A stretch of 64,000 bases of DNA from Eledone cirrhosa (taxonomy: Eukaryota), in contig OZ024744.1 of NCBI GenBank assembly GCA_964016885.1, positions 77,562,001-77,626,000 of the forward strand, read 5' to 3'. A program made the position numbers and the translations under genes. The notes beneath the pieces were generated by a model. It worked only from the letters and a program-made list of their open reading frames with translations, ran no database searches and had not been told where the DNA came from. Shown in pieces: positions 61,272-64,000 of this stretch (its first letter is position 1; every line of letters begins with the position of its first letter).

Positions 61272-61560
61272 TCATTCCTTTGTTGTTTGATGATAGTTTG
61301 TGGCCGAGATATACAAACCTCCGTAACTTCAGCAATTTGCTGGTTGTAGATTTTGAGTTGAAGATTGGCATTGTTTTTATCAGTTGTCATACACTTTGTT
61401 TTGGGGATGTTGATGTGTAAGCCAGCCTCTAGGGGATGTTTGGCCAGTACATTCAGAAAGATTTGCAGATCAGTTCTAGAGTAACTCATGATGGCCAGAT
61501 CGTCTGCATAGTTAAGATTTGATAGGATTTTACCGCCTATTTGAAAGCCAGAGGAGCATT
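61272..61560 (-). pseudogene. Non-LTR RT fragment (YADD region)
   Basis: [34 protein letters not shown]. Confidence 0.8.
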
Positions 61561-61840
61561 CTTCTTCAGTTTAGTAAATAAGTGCAGCTATAACTATACA
61601 GAAAAGTAGTGCTGATAGTACACCCTCCTGCTTAACAAAGTAGTAGTGTGTACATACATACATACATCATACATACATACATATAAACATACATACATAC
61701 ATGCATACATACATACATACATACATACATACATACATACATACATACATACATACATACATACATACATACATACATACATACATACATACATACATAC
61801 ATACATACATACATACGTACGTACGTACGTACATACATAC

Positions 61841-62380
61841 ATGATGGCCCGCAAACTCTGCTAAGAGTATTGCAATCGCTTGTCAGATTACAGAAAAGGG
61901 TGCACTTTTAGGCTTCGATCAGCCACACGAACCTGTAACATATCCTGAACAAGCAGTGCCTGTGCTTTGAAGGTTTTTAAAGTGGGGAAAGGCCTTGCAC
62001 TCGACCAATCCTACTCTCGGAGCATCGAAAACACTACCCGAAAAGAAGAACTGGTCAACATCATCGGGTGCTTCTGAAGCCGCAGATTTTTTTTTTTTTT
62101 TCAGGGTCTCACTCTCTCAGAAAGGTGTTGTGACAACGTCTGGGGGCCTTTCACTCGCAAGTGGAAAAAAAAAAGAAAAGTACTATTTGGATGGCCATTG
62201 ACTCTGCTGAGTTCCTCCGCCCTTTGCCGGGTCTTGTATTTCATCCCGCAGGGTGTCCAAATATCACCCTCCTCACCAAGCAAGCTTCGTGGGGTTGCCG
62301 GTTTAGTCACCGACGACCCGACCATGAGACAGGTTGTACTGGGTTACATGTTACCAGTAGCACCCGAGAGCGGCTTGACG
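61841..62380 (-). mobile_element. Diverged relative of the RTE-derived element (RTE 5' region)
   Basis: Head GGTGCTACTGGTAACATGTAACCCAGTACAACCTGTCTCATGGTCGGGTCG..; ends GGCCATCATG + (TATG)n. Confidence 0.75.
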
Positions 62381-62491
62381 TACATACATAGATACATACA
62401 TACATGAATACATACATACATACATACATACATACATACATACATACATACATACATACATACATACATACATACATACATACATACATAC

Positions 62492-62920
62492 ATCTCCACC
62501 CTGATTACACCTTCAGATTTATGCCTGTGATTATTGGGGCACTGGGATATGTTAGTAATTGCCTCAATACAAATCTTGAGAAGCTAGGCTTCACAGGAAC
62601 AGAAAGAACACAACTAGTTAGGAAATGTCAAGTACAATCCATTAATGGAACAGTAAAAATATGTAAAACATTCCAAAAAATTTGCATCTAATAACTGCAT
62701 ATACACATGTACAGATACAAAGCATATACACATGCACACATACAACTCAAAACATACACATCCACACATACAATAACATCCATATCTACACATGCATGCA
62801 TACATACATATCTACCTAGTTGATGTTGTGTAAATTCCAATGAGAGAGTCTTGTGTCTATGTTAGAAACCGACTCTCTCTCTATTGGTAAAACTTTGTGA
62901 AATTATAAAACCAGAAGAAC
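62492..62920 (+). mobile_element. R4/Dong-like family B 3' end
   Basis: Near identical to 51074-51500; (CATA)n flanks. Confidence 0.87.
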
Positions 62921-63187
62921 ATACATACATACACAAATATATGTATGCATGTATGTTTGTGTGTGTGTGTGTGTTTTTGTTTGTTTTTTATATAAATTCT
63001 AAATTACAACGAAACGTATGAAAGATGCTTATCTCTAAATTCTGAAGTGAAGACTAAGAAATATACTGTAACTCCTGTATAATTCTTTGGTTTATCAAAA
63101 GGACCTTTTCCGCAGGAAATATTTTCAATTCAGTACTTCAAACCGAAGGATATCTTGTTGATTTCATTCTTCTACTGGAACTATAAC

Positions 63188-63384
63188 CAAACCTGTCAAC
63201 TTCCCCCGTCCGACGGGGACATCTCCCAGCCACTTTGGGGTGGGTGAGAAATGTCTTATCTTGTGAAAATGGGTATAGCTTTCATTATGTAAAATCTCCA
63301 CATTTGGCCTCATTTTCTCCTCGGTTTTGGGGCACTTTTTTTCAAGATACTCCCCGTTTGGGCTTTTAGTGGTTGGCAGGACTG
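63188..63384 (+). mobile_element. MITE, second copy of 41546-41726 family
   Basis: CAAACCTGTCAAC / GTTGGCAGGACTG; TATAAC on both flanks. Confidence 0.72.
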
Positions 63385-63525
63385 TATAACCGACATGGGG
63401 TAACACAACACTTAGAACTACGATGAAAGGGGGTCAGTGAGAGTTAAGTTTTTTCGCTGCAGATTCTAGGCATTGCAGTTTCCAAAGGAAAAAAAACGCA
63501 TTTGGAGTGACCAAATCAGCAGGAA

Positions 63526-63742
63526 GGTGGATTGGCAGTATCGGTAGAGCGTCGGATAACATGCTTTGTGGCATAGAGTTACGATCCTTTGCGTTTTGAT
63601 TTCAAATCCTGTCGAGATTAGTTTTGCCTTTCATCCTTACGGGGTCGATAAAATAAAGTACCAGTGATGCACTGAGGTTGATTTAATCGACTTTCCCCGC
63701 CTCTTCAAATTGCTGGCCCTGTACCAAATGTATGAATAATTT
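63526..63742 (+). mobile_element. tRNA-derived SINE, family 1
   Basis: GGTGGATTGGCAGTATCGGTAGAG head and conserved core. Confidence 0.85.
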
Positions 63743-64000
63743 TTAAGCCGGTGTTTGGAACATAACTTACATAAAATTGCTGGCCTTGAGCCTATAGTAT
63801 AAACCATTAATTAATTTCCCCGTTGAAAAGAACACCCATTTGAAGAAGATATATGATGTGGTTAAGAATCGAATATAAAAAAGAAGAAAGAAAGGAAGGA
63901 AGCCGATTGTCAGATCGAGCCAAGGAAATTAGGCATCTGTTGGTCTTTACATTACCATTTTTTTACAAGAGAGGAAAAATTATTTTATTTCAAAGTACTC

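Overview
Gene-free, AT-rich, microsatellite-dense animal genomic DNA made almost entirely of transposable elements. The SINE family and repeat landscape resemble octopus/cephalopod genomes (inference, not verified). No host gene, rRNA, true tRNA or CRISPR array is supported; most ORF-track entries are translations of (TA)n/(CA)n/(TACA)n repeats. Contents: (1) several Penelope-like elements (Naiad-type RT + GIY-YIG, plus one other GIY-YIG fragment) and at least 8 hammerhead-ribozyme motifs in their pLTRs or solo pLTRs; (2) an internally deleted Helitron with both termini; (3) a cluster of non-LTR retroelements nested in (TACA)n/(TATG)n: an RTE LINE, its non-autonomous derivative and two R4/Dong-like RLE families; (4) two intact, head-to-tail Tx1-clade LINEs (6083-bp period) inserted in the (ATT)n of an RTE 3' UTR whose empty counterpart is also in the window; (5) tRNA-derived SINEs, MITEs, and CRE, CR1 and mariner fragments. 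The most unusual signals are fold-back hammerhead-containing elements whose arms differ almost only by A->G on one strand (an ADAR-like hyper-editing footprint in DNA), the one-sided SNP distribution between the tandem Tx1 copies, and a strict orientation rule among elements sharing one microsatellite. All alignments and folds were done by eye, so boundaries are approximate.
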